From: an uncultured Bacilli bacterium
GTDB lineage: Bacteria; Bacillota_I; Bacilli_A; RF39; UBA660
Direction of reading: 5' to 3'
Assembly (NCBI GenBank): GCA_947626095.1
Contig: CANQQV010000003.1
Location: forward strand, 64,001-128,000
DNA length: 64,000 nucleotides
The position numbers were made by a program, and so were the translations under genes. Shown piece by piece: positions 49,772-58,863 of this stretch; position 1 is the first letter of the stretch; each line of letters opens with the position of its first letter. The notes under the pieces were generated by a model, which saw nothing but the letters and a program-made list of their open reading frames with translations, was not told the DNA's origin and did not search any database.

Positions 49772-51343
49772 TTACATTTGATAAAAATTAATTCTTATAT
49801 TGCGATTATGATCAGATAATAAAATTTCAATAAAATCATTTAATGATATTTCTAAATGAAAACTATGACGATAATCTTTAGCGCTATAAGCATCAAAAAC
49901 CATTAAAGAATTTTCACGATCATAGTCAAAATGACCAGTAATAATCGCTCTTTTAATATAATTCAATTTTGTCTTATTGATATTAGACTCATGTCTACTT
50001 TCATCTTTAGCATCATTCAATGCTTCACGGCGATACTTAATTTCCTTTACTAAATGCTCTAATTCTGCACAATCACGTGTAATTCCCACACTATTTTCAT
50101 TTAATAATTTTAAATTACTCTTTGGTATTAAACGCATATTATTTAAACGTTTATTAATACGTCGATTAACACCTACAACCTTTTTATTTAATTTCGATAA
50201 ATCACTTATAATACTTTTATATTCAGGAGTTTCGTAATCAATAATGCTAGGTTTTAACTCCCCTAAATCTAATTGTGAATAATTAAATAAACGCTGTAAA
50301 TTATCTTCATCATATATGTAATTAATATAAAAATTAGATATGGCAAAAGCATTTAAAATATCTCCACGCATTGTACTATCAAGAGCAAATACTTTACGAC
50401 ATTTATCTAAAGGATAATTTTCTTTATAAGCATGTACTAAACTTCTCAATAATTCATAAGTATTTATTAAATGACGTTTATTTATATTAGCTTTGCTATT
50501 ATAACACTTAAATGTTTCTAAAATAAACTCATCTAATACTTTATCATTATCATGTTCATTATAAAGCTTTTCAATTGTTCCTTTATCTTCTTTATTAAAA
50601 AGAGCAATCTTTTTATTTATTGATAAACAAAAATGTTCCTTTGACAACTTACTATTAAGTTCCTGTAACTTCTTAAAATTATACCCTTCAATATTTGCTA
50701 ACATATCAATTAAATATTTTACATCCTGATATGATAACAACTTATTATCTTTACGACTTACTGTATATTCATATAACACTATATCCTTAATAAAAGTATT
50801 TAATGATTGACTTCTATCTTCAGGAATAGTTACCGTATAAAAAGAATATGAATTATGATCTAACGCTAAATTAATATTATTATTTACTGAAGTAATTAGG
50901 AAATTAGCAAATTCAACTAACCATCCAGAATCTACAACAATACCATTATCAAACTTAATAGTATTATTATAATTACATACATATTCACCATTAGCTAAAG
51001 CACTCATTAAATAATCTATTAAACTCTCTTCTGTTTTAATAGAAGGAACTTGCATTTTAAAATAACTAATACCTTTTACTTTATCCATATAATATTTAAG
51101 TTCTTTTTTATCTAACTTAGCATAATCATCCTTAGTTAAATGTTCACTATAATTCATGATTTGTAAAGAAGTATATAATAAATCTAATGCAATATAATCA
51201 AAATCGGTAATAAATTTCAAATTCTTACTGCGATTATTTAAAATTTTTTCAATATATAAACCTAAATATTCATTAGATTTAGTCATATTAATAAAAGTAT
51301 TTAGCTTTGAAATATTTGCTACTAGCGCATTCCCCTTTTTCAT
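49772..51343 (-). CDS. Hypothetical 523-aa protein, possible degenerate double-HEPN
   Basis: LMSALANGEY and IKRAIITGHF resemble IRNxxAHG motifs; coiled coil before the second. Confidence 0.7.
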   Translation of the reverse strand: MKKGNALVANISKLNTFINMTKSNEYLGLYIEKILNNRSKNLKFITDFDYIALDLLYTSLQIMNYSEHLTKDDYAKLDKKELKYYMDKVKGISYFKMQVPSIKTEESLIDYLMSALANGEYVCNYNNTIKFDNGIVVDSGWLVEFANFLITSVNNNINLALDHNSYSFYTVTIPEDRSQSLNTFIKDIVLYEYTVSRKDNKLLSYQDVKYLIDMLANIEGYNFKKLQELNSKLSKEHFCLSINKKIALFNKEDKGTIEKLYNEHDNDKVLDEFILETFKCYNSKANINKRHLINTYELLRSLVHAYKENYPLDKCRKVFALDSTMRGDILNAFAISNFYINYIYDEDNLQRLFNYSQLDLGELKPSIIDYETPEYKSIISDLSKLNKKVVGVNRRINKRLNNMRLIPKSNLKLLNENSVGITRDCAELEHLVKEIKYRREALNDAKDESRHESNINKTKLNYIKRAIITGHFDYDRENSLMVFDAYSAKDYRHSFHLEISLNDFIEILLSDHNRNIRINFYQM

Positions 51344-51407
51344 ATTCTCACCTATTATTTATTATAACATAGTAATTAAAAAGATTAAATAAAAATTATT
51401 TAATCTT

Positions 51408-54400
51408 TTATAATTTAAGTCCTTGACTAGGCTCTTCCATTCCAAAGTCATATTCTTCAACTAAATCAGTACGATTAGAATCAAGACTCTTTGATGCACG
51501 AATTTGTAGTTTATAATCTCTTAAATCAAAATTCTCTTTAGGCGTTTTAAATGCTAAATCAATAGTATCATTATCTACAATAACTGTTTTACGACTACGA
51601 TAATTATCTTTAGCTACTAACGCCAAACGACCATTTATCTTTCTAATTCTTTCATACAAATCTCTTCTAAGTCTAATATTAACACCGTTCTTAATTGCTG
51701 TAATAGTCATCGAATCAACATCTTTAACAATTGCTTCATCTTTACTAACTTTAACTACTTTACTATTAGGATTTAAGAAAATATGTGGTAACTTAACTTT
51801 TGCATTGTTATATTTCTTTTTATTAGAAACTGGCTCTGTTCCTATTATCGAAATAAATTCAAAATCACTATTACTATCTAATGATGGAATAAATGGTGCT
51901 TTTACTCTACTAAATAAACCACTCAACAATTCATCATTCTGTTTAACTAAATCATCAATACTATTTAAATCTAAATTATTAGTACTCATTTCATTAGACA
52001 ATCTGTGAGAAATTGCTCTTCTAATAACCAAGATAAATCTAACTAATTCATTAATTCTTTTATTTAAAGAAGAATCATTTCTATCTAACAACTCTAAAAC
52101 TTCATTCGCCGAAACACTAATCAATTGATTACTAAAGACTAAGTATTGATCAATTCTTGAATAATATTCGACATTGAGTAATTCTGAAGCCGAAGATACA
52201 TCGCCTGCTAAGGAACGATTAAATTTCTTAACATAAGCTAAACGAAGATTTAGCAAATCATTCTTATATCTTACAATATCATTTAAATTAGAATCAGCTT
52301 TTAGTTCACTATTTATAATATTATTAATAAACTTACTATCAGAAATTGATACCATACCTGTTGATTCATAAAAACTATTAACAGCATTAACTTCTTTAAC
52401 TTTAGTATTAACCTCATTAATTATTGCTAAATATAAACTATGATACTCTTCTACAGTTTCAGGAATAACTAAAGGTCTATAAGCAACAGATGTAAATACT
52501 GGCAATCTATCATTTTCTTCATTACCTGATCCACTAGGTAAATGTTCAGATCTTATAGATTTAGTCAAGTTCTTAGCAGCAATTAATTCATCACTAAGCA
52601 TTTGACGTTTATAAGTCTTCATTCTTTCATTTGCAAATGTTATCGTTAAAACGTCATCTTCAAAACTCATTTTAACCCCATTCTGCATATTTAACGGATT
52701 ATTAATTAAAGTATTTAAATATTCACATAATACTCGATAATCATGCTGATAATCTTCAGTATTTAAATATTCTGCCGAAGCATTTCTTAAATTATTACAT
52801 TCAGGCATGACATTCAATCTGGCTATATTAATAGCCAAATAGTTCATAATATAATCGCATAAATCTCGACCTAAAATATTATAAATCTCATTTTCAAATT
52901 GATTTTCATACCTTTGAATAATACTTTCTTTTTCAATTGTACTAAGCTCAGAATAAGCTGAATCAGTTAATAGCTTTGTAATATTAGCATCAGCTACATC
53001 CATACTTTCATGATCAAAAGTAAAATTAGTTAAATAATTTAATACTTCATCATAATATATTTTAACAATTCTCTTCGCTTCAGCTTCAAATCTTTCCAAC
53101 TGTTCATTTTTTACAGCAACAGTTAAGGCATCAAGATTACTTGAAGGTTCATCTAACTTCTTTGGCTCTGCTAAATGTACACTAACTAAGTTTCTTTTAT
53201 TAGGATCATCATCATCTAAACTATAAGGATAATTTGTCCAAATACGATAATCCCCTTCTGGGTTTAATACATTTTCTCTTAATTCATAAGAAAAACGTGC
53301 ATCACTAATATTTCTTTCCACTTCTTCCAAACTATATTCTGGATGTTCCTTAGTCATAACAGTTCTTAAAGCATCACAAATAGTTGCAATAGGAATATCA
53401 CGTGTTGTTGCACCACGATACATTAAATCCTGTAATCTATCAAATAATCTATCAAATGAAAAAACACGTTCTTCGACATTATAATCAGCATTATATCCCA
53501 TTAATTCCAACATTCTTGGTATGTAAAATAATGGTGAATAATCAAAGCCATAAAATCTATTATAAGGACTAGCAGAATTAATAGCTAAACGTTGATAATC
53601 ATCCCTAGAAATTACTAAACACTTAGGAATAGTTAAATATTCCACTGTATTTGAATTATCAATATCCGTTTTACATCTCATTTTATTAAGTGGTGACATC
53701 CCAAAGAAATAAAATCTATATAAAGGATCATTTGTTGGATCAAAAGTACATAATTGATCTAAATGATATTTATCATCTTTTAAACGAGCTATATTTTCTA
53801 CGTGATTAACAGTACTATATCTAAAGCACTTAATATCACATCTTCTAAGCATTGCTGAAAATAAAGTAGCATAACCAACACAAACTATCGTACTCTTATC
53901 TAAAATTACACGATCTAAATCACGAGCATTTCGTGGTCGATTTTCATCTTCAGTATAAATATAATTTTCTCTTAAATAACATTGAGCAGAAAGCATAGCT
54001 TCTAATGGTGAATAATTGTTATCTTTTACTTTCTTTTCAAAAGTTTCAAGACTTTTTAAAACTTGAACATATCCTTTAGCACCAACAGTACCACTTCCTT
54101 CTAATTCAGAGCGATAACAAACATTACGACTATATGGTTCATGACAAGAATCATTAATCAAATCTTGACATGTATGATAAATAACCATTATCTCATTTGG
54201 CATGCTTTCTAATTTAGCATAATCTTCACTATTATCATGTAAAGGATTACTTAAAACACTTATTTTTACTTTAGGATCAAGTCCTGCTTTAACAAACTTA
54301 GATAAAATATCACTATAGCCACTTTGATTATAAAACCTAATATTCAAACTAGCACTATAATAAGGACTAATTTTCAAAACATCGTCTAAATGATTTTCCG

Positions 54401-55019
54401 TAACAATTTTTTTAACTTCTTCATCACTTAAATCTCTAGTTATAAAAAAATCACAAGTAGGACTATGATGAGTTTTTACATCTTTACTATCATTTCTCAC
54501 AAAAAGATTATTTTCTTCATCAATCGGCATCTGCTCTACTCTAGCAACCGACTTGTTAGCGGCAATTTCTAGAAAATTTCCCCTCTTTAATTTATCATAT
54601 GTTTCTTGATCAAGAACATAATCATCGCCCACTATTCTTAATGCAAAAGCATTAGCTTGGCTCTTCTTTATAAGTGCTTCAATAACTGCATCATTTTTTA
54701 AAAAACGATAATCAATTGCAAAAGTCGGACCAAATTGTGCTTCGTTAATAATATCAATTAAATATTGTAAGACATATTGGTTTCTTTCAGATAATGAATC
54801 AAGTTCACCATAAAAACCACTACTATATCTAAAAGAAATAACTTGTCTACCTAAATCATCATCTTCACTATTAATATAATTTCCAACAACTTGTACAGGA
54901 TTATCTAAACTTTCTTCCGTAAATAAACATGAATCTAAAAAAGCTCTATCCATAGAAAAGCCATTAAATCCCCATAATGCACGATATGTTTGATCCAATG
55001 CTTCATAATCATAATCCAT
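51408..55019 (-). CDS. Giant (1203 aa) protein with a central transglutaminase-like Cys-His-Asp domain
   Basis: YSPLE, IVCVGYATLF..L, HVENI, FDPT. Confidence 0.8.
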   Translation of the reverse strand: MDYDYEALDQTYRALWGFNGFSMDRAFLDSCLFTEESLDNPVQVVGNYINSEDDDLGRQVISFRYSSGFYGELDSLSERNQYVLQYLIDIINEAQFGPTFAIDYRFLKNDAVIEALIKKSQANAFALRIVGDDYVLDQETYDKLKRGNFLEIAANKSVARVEQMPIDEENNLFVRNDSKDVKTHHSPTCDFFITRDLSDEEVKKIVTENHLDDVLKISPYYSASLNIRFYNQSGYSDILSKFVKAGLDPKVKISVLSNPLHDNSEDYAKLESMPNEIMVIYHTCQDLINDSCHEPYSRNVCYRSELEGSGTVGAKGYVQVLKSLETFEKKVKDNNYSPLEAMLSAQCYLRENYIYTEDENRPRNARDLDRVILDKSTIVCVGYATLFSAMLRRCDIKCFRYSTVNHVENIARLKDDKYHLDQLCTFDPTNDPLYRFYFFGMSPLNKMRCKTDIDNSNTVEYLTIPKCLVISRDDYQRLAINSASPYNRFYGFDYSPLFYIPRMLELMGYNADYNVEERVFSFDRLFDRLQDLMYRGATTRDIPIATICDALRTVMTKEHPEYSLEEVERNISDARFSYELRENVLNPEGDYRIWTNYPYSLDDDDPNKRNLVSVHLAEPKKLDEPSSNLDALTVAVKNEQLERFEAEAKRIVKIYYDEVLNYLTNFTFDHESMDVADANITKLLTDSAYSELSTIEKESIIQRYENQFENEIYNILGRDLCDYIMNYLAINIARLNVMPECNNLRNASAEYLNTEDYQHDYRVLCEYLNTLINNPLNMQNGVKMSFEDDVLTITFANERMKTYKRQMLSDELIAAKNLTKSIRSEHLPSGSGNEENDRLPVFTSVAYRPLVIPETVEEYHSLYLAIINEVNTKVKEVNAVNSFYESTGMVSISDSKFINNIINSELKADSNLNDIVRYKNDLLNLRLAYVKKFNRSLAGDVSSASELLNVEYYSRIDQYLVFSNQLISVSANEVLELLDRNDSSLNKRINELVRFILVIRRAISHRLSNEMSTNNLDLNSIDDLVKQNDELLSGLFSRVKAPFIPSLDSNSDFEFISIIGTEPVSNKKKYNNAKVKLPHIFLNPNSKVVKVSKDEAIVKDVDSMTITAIKNGVNIRLRRDLYERIRKINGRLALVAKDNYRSRKTVIVDNDTIDLAFKTPKENFDLRDYKLQIRASKSLDSNRTDLVEEYDFGMEEPSQGLKL

Positions 55020-55468
55020 TATAAATCACCGCTTTCTAAAAATAAATTATCATCTATCACATCAATACCATTTTGTATCAGCAATTCAGCAGTAATTCCA
55101 TTACCATCAACCAAATTAGAACTAAACGTTCCATCATATATTTTACCATATCCACAAGACGGACTTTTAGCTTTCAAAATAGCTTTTTTAATTCCTAATA
55201 ACTGACATAATCTTAAAGTTTCGTTAGCTCCTCTTACAAAATTATCCGTGACATCGACACCTTTTTCATTAACTACCTTTCCATCTCTTACTTCAGCTGC
55301 CAATCTTGGTGTCGTAAGTCCACCAACAATTTCCGGGCAAAAAGGAATTATCTCCCTTCCTTTTAATTTAGTAACTAACTCTTCCTTATAATTATTCTTC
55401 CCATTATACTTGCAATTAACTCCTAATAAACAAGCACTTACTAATACTTTTTCTTTCATAAAAAACAA
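55019..55468 (-). CDS. DUF523 / 2-thiouracil desulfurase (TudS-like) Fe-S protein
   Basis: VSACLLG.NCKYNG, CPEI.GGL..PR, LKAKSPSCG. Confidence 0.92.
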   Translation of the reverse strand: MFFMKEKVLVSACLLGVNCKYNGKNNYKEELVTKLKGREIIPFCPEIVGGLTTPRLAAEVRDGKVVNEKGVDVTDNFVRGANETLRLCQLLGIKKAILKAKSPSCGYGKIYDGTFSSNLVDGNGITAELLIQNGIDVIDDNLFLESGDL

Positions 55469-55930
55469 TTACAATCTAATTTCTTTTTTAATCATCTTTA
55501 CTACCATTCTAAATAAAAGATAATATAAAAGAATCCATACAACAATTGACAAAGATATTAATAAATACATCTCTTTTTGTATACACAATATAATATCTAA
55601 AATCATAATAGAAGATAATAAAGCAGCAAAAATACCTATTAAAGTATACTTACAAGTTCTATTAACATAAGAAATTCCCTTTTTCAATGTATTATTTATT
55701 TCACTATTATCATTACGACCAAATATCATTGATATTATAACAAAAACAATTTTAATAGCATTAACTACCGTTAAAACCACCAATAAAAATAATAATGGAA
55801 TAGTAATAAACAAATAGAAAAAATGTAAATCAAACAAATACTTATAAATTACTACTATTCCTGCTCCATAAAATGCAATACTCAAGATGTAAACTAATAA
55901 ACTAAGTCCACGATGTTTTTCTAAATTCAT
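55469..55930 (-). CDS. Hypothetical 4-TM protein
   Basis: Four hydrophobic segments; abuts the DUF523 gene. Confidence 0.72.
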   Translation of the reverse strand: MNLEKHRGLSLLVYILSIAFYGAGIVVIYKYLFDLHFFYLFITIPLLFLLVVLTVVNAIKIVFVIISMIFGRNDNSEINNTLKKGISYVNRTCKYTLIGIFAALLSSIMILDIILCIQKEMYLLISLSIVVWILLYYLLFRMVVKMIKKEIRL

Positions 55931-55976
55931 ATTATCACCCTATTTTATACTATATAAATCTATTATAACATACTTT

Positions 55977-56432
55977 TTATAAATGTTTTATTAAAGATTC
56001 ATATAAAATATCAACTATATAATTAGATGGTTCTAATTCGTACTTTTCTATCAACTCTTCAATAATTCGATCATTATACTCCGTATCTAAATATTTAAAT
56101 ACTGATTCTTTTTTATTTTCTAAATCAACTAAGTAATTTTCAGTATACAAATTATCAATAATAAGCAAAGGTAATTCACCTACCCATTCTTTAAACGCCG
56201 TTAATATTTCTTTGGTACTATCTTTATATACAAATGACTCTTTATCATAATCAATTAATTTTTTAAAATCATCTAAAGCAATTAAATCTTCACGTAAGCG
56301 ATAATCAAATCGATCTAATAAATTTAAGCCCTTTAATTTAATCGCAGATAACTGAATAATATCACCTTTTTCTTTCTTAATCGCTGTCGGAATTATTTCT
56401 AATATAATGTATTCATCTTTTAATAAATCCAT
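55977..56432 (-). CDS. DnaQ/PolC-type exonuclease fold lacking DEDDh residues
   Basis: YIILEIIPT..DIIQLSAIKLK..DRF..FKEWVG aligns with YVVFDVETT..IIELAAVKVK..DKF..FREWIG; start after GAGGTG. Confidence 0.72.
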   Translation of the reverse strand: MDLLKDEYIILEIIPTAIKKEKGDIIQLSAIKLKGLNLLDRFDYRLREDLIALDDFKKLIDYDKESFVYKDSTKEILTAFKEWVGELPLLIIDNLYTENYLVDLENKKESVFKYLDTEYNDRIIEELIEKYELEPSNYIVDILYESLIKHL

Positions 56433-56516
56433 AAATTTCCACCTCATTTCCAATATTATACTATAATTTTTAATTTAATTTTATCATAATATGTTTTATA
56501 ATTATCTAGAAAGGTT

Positions 56517-56879
56517 GTGTATTCTATGAATAAATTCTGTCCCAACTGTGGTAATGAAATTAGTGAAAATGCTCAATTCTGTACTAATTGTGGTGCCCAA
56601 ATAAACGCTAATACACCAAATCAACCAACCACAAATAATGCACCCAAATCTAAATTAGTTGCTGGCCTACTAGGTATTGTATTAGGTTATATAGGAATTC
56701 ACAATTTCTATTTAGGCTACACTGAAAAAGCAGTTGTCCAACTATTAGTTAGTTTAATTGGTGGTCTTTTAACTTGTGGTGTCGCTACTATTGCTATTGA
56801 AATATGGGGTTTAGTCGAAGGAATTATGATTTTAACTGGTTCTATCAAAACCGATGCGGATGGTATTCCTTTAACTTAA
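56517..56879 (+). CDS. Zinc-ribbon plus TM2-domain protein
   Basis: FCPNCG..FCTNCG; KSKLVAGLLGIVLG..GIHNFYLG; DADG. Confidence 0.88.
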   Translation: MYSMNKFCPNCGNEISENAQFCTNCGAQINANTPNQPTTNNAPKSKLVAGLLGIVLGYIGIHNFYLGYTEKAVVQLLVSLIGGLLTCGVATIAIEIWGLVEGIMILTGSIKTDADGIPLT

Positions 56880-56884
56880 TCTAT

Positions 56885-56916
56885 CAAAAAAGTACTCATA
56901 ATTGAGTACTTTTTTT
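56885..56916 (+). terminator. Intrinsic terminator
   Basis: AAAAAAGTACTCA-TAAT-TGAGTACTTTTTT. Confidence 0.85.
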
Positions 56917-57138
56917 ATTTTAATCGACAATATTAAACATAATCCATAAAGAGTTCATTCTATAATACCCTATATAGAAAGAACCTCTCTTTCTTATATT
57001 TATTTTTTTTAATTTTTTATTTTATTTTTTTCTGTATTTCACGTTGTCTAAATTAAATAGCTATAAACTAATTCATATGTTATTAGTGATGGTATAGTTA
57101 TGGACATATAAATTATCTATAAGTATTTAATTTAATCA

Positions 57139-57897
57139 TTACCAACTGCCTGACCAATTGACAACAGCTGGTGCAATAGTGTCATAGTAGTCCTCGACAC
57201 TTTTATCGTGTACGATTCCTGCCGTGTTAACACTAAGTTTCATGGCATTATTTTGCGTTATTTCTTTAGTAGCATGAGCATAATCTCCCACTGCTGTTTG
57301 GTTTTTAACTGTTGTTGAACTACTCTTTTCAGCATCAAAATAAAGACTTTGATATAAAGAAGTTATTTCAATCGTTGGTAACATAAAAATCGCCGCATGA
57401 CCATGGTCACCATTAACTTCCGCATGCGTATTTATCGTCGTACAAGTTCCATTAGTACGACAATAACTATTTTCTAAATATAAAAGTCCCGCTGGTTTAA
57501 CCGTCGAATAATGGCCTATCGCAATAATATCATAACTACGCACTTTAGGAATATTTTTCCAAGTTAAATCTACAAAGTAACGAAAAGTCGTTCCATCCTT
57601 ATACATTACTGTTCTTAAAGATTTATAATTAGTTTCAATATAACCTTCGCCATTTAAATGATATAGGTCGTGGAGATCGACACTATCATATTCTTCTTTC
57701 GTTATTTCAGTTGTAAAAGAAGATAATTCTGGAAGAACACTGGCTGTAACCAACGAATCATTTAAGATGCTAACTGTTTTGTAATACTTAACACTTTCAC
57801 CAATGATGGTAAATCCATCAAAAGCTGGAACATCACGAGCCATAACCATTAAAGGTAAACTTAAGATAAGTATCCATAAAAACTTAATGTATTTCAT
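57139..57897 (-). CDS. Hypothetical secreted protein
   Basis: Signal peptide ending VMA, strong RBS AAAGGAGG, Cys pair, WKNIP..SYDIIAI. Confidence 0.78.
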   Translation of the reverse strand: MKYIKFLWILILSLPLMVMARDVPAFDGFTIIGESVKYYKTVSILNDSLVTASVLPELSSFTTEITKEEYDSVDLHDLYHLNGEGYIETNYKSLRTVMYKDGTTFRYFVDLTWKNIPKVRSYDIIAIGHYSTVKPAGLLYLENSYCRTNGTCTTINTHAEVNGDHGHAAIFMLPTIEITSLYQSLYFDAEKSSSTTVKNQTAVGDYAHATKEITQNNAMKLSVNTAGIVHDKSVEDYYDTIAPAVVNWSGSW

Positions 57898-57934
57898 ATA
57901 CTACACTTTTTCCTCCTTTCTACTTTTTCATCCT

Positions 57935-57994
57935 ATCATATAAGCCTTTAAAAACTCTATTGCTCTTTTAGCGAATAACTCGTTATTTTAGCGA
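57935..57994 (-). promoter_or_regulatory. Promoter with poor -35 and two 9-bp direct repeats just upstream
   Basis: TATGAT 57940-57935; TTTTAGCGA at 57966-57974 and 57986-57994. Confidence 0.55.
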
Positions 57995-58002
57995 GTCCCA
58001 TT

Positions 58003-58761
58003 CTAAAGGCTTTCTTCTAGGTAAATTTGATAATCTATTTCTTTAACAACTTTTTTCTCATTAAAATATAATAACGATATTTTTGTATTCTGAAATTCCT
58101 TTCCTTCTGCTAAAGATATATTTTGCGTTTCAATGTTATCAAAAATATAATCGCTTCCTTCAATTACAAGAGTATCATTCTCATTACTTTTATAAATCAT
58201 AGTACTATCATTAGCAATTGTTATTTCTAAACCAATTGTATATTGTTTATCAGCTTTAGTCTTTTGAACATTAAATAAATGTAGTTTTTTAACAACTAAC
58301 ACATACTCGTTATTTTGTTCAAAAATATAACCTTCAATAATTAAATTATTATCACCACTATTTATTTTATAAATATTTGGTTCATCAACTACCTGATCAT
58401 TTTCTTTAGATTTAGGTTTAAGAAAAAACATAAAGGTTAAATTAACAAATAATAATATTGCCAAAATAACTAAAAATACTTTAAATATAATTCCTTTCTT
58501 CTTAACTGGTGTTACTATATCAGTTTTTTCTTCTGTAATTACTTCGTTTCTTTTACCAGCAAGTAGTTCATCAGCTGTCACATCTAATACTTTACACAAT
58601 TTGGGAATTATAACAACATCTGGTAAATATATACCTGTTTCCCATTTTGATATTGTTTTATCATCTATTCCTATTAGTTCACCTAATTCTCTTTGCGTTA
58701 ATTTCTTTTCTAGCCTTAAATTCTTTATAAATTCACCAAGATTATTATTCACAATAAACAA
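58003..58761 (-). CDS. Membrane-tethered XRE regulator (HTH, TM, extracellular domain)
   Basis: LTQRELGE..ISKWETG..PD; central TM. Confidence 0.88.
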   Translation of the reverse strand: MFIVNNNLGEFIKNLRLEKKLTQRELGELIGIDDKTISKWETGIYLPDVVIIPKLCKVLDVTADELLAGKRNEVITEEKTDIVTPVKKKGIIFKVFLVILAILLFVNLTFMFFLKPKSKENDQVVDEPNIYKINSGDNNLIIEGYIFEQNNEYVLVVKKLHLFNVQKTKADKQYTIGLEITIANDSTMIYKSNENDTLVIEGSDYIFDNIETQNISLAEGKEFQNTKISLLYFNEKKVVKEIDYQIYLEESL

Positions 58762-58863
58762 CCCCTAAATAATTAACTGTATTATAATATGAAACATTTT
58801 ATTAATTTATAAGTTATGGCTATTTTGGAAAAATAATAAACAAAAAAGTACTCTAAACGAGTA

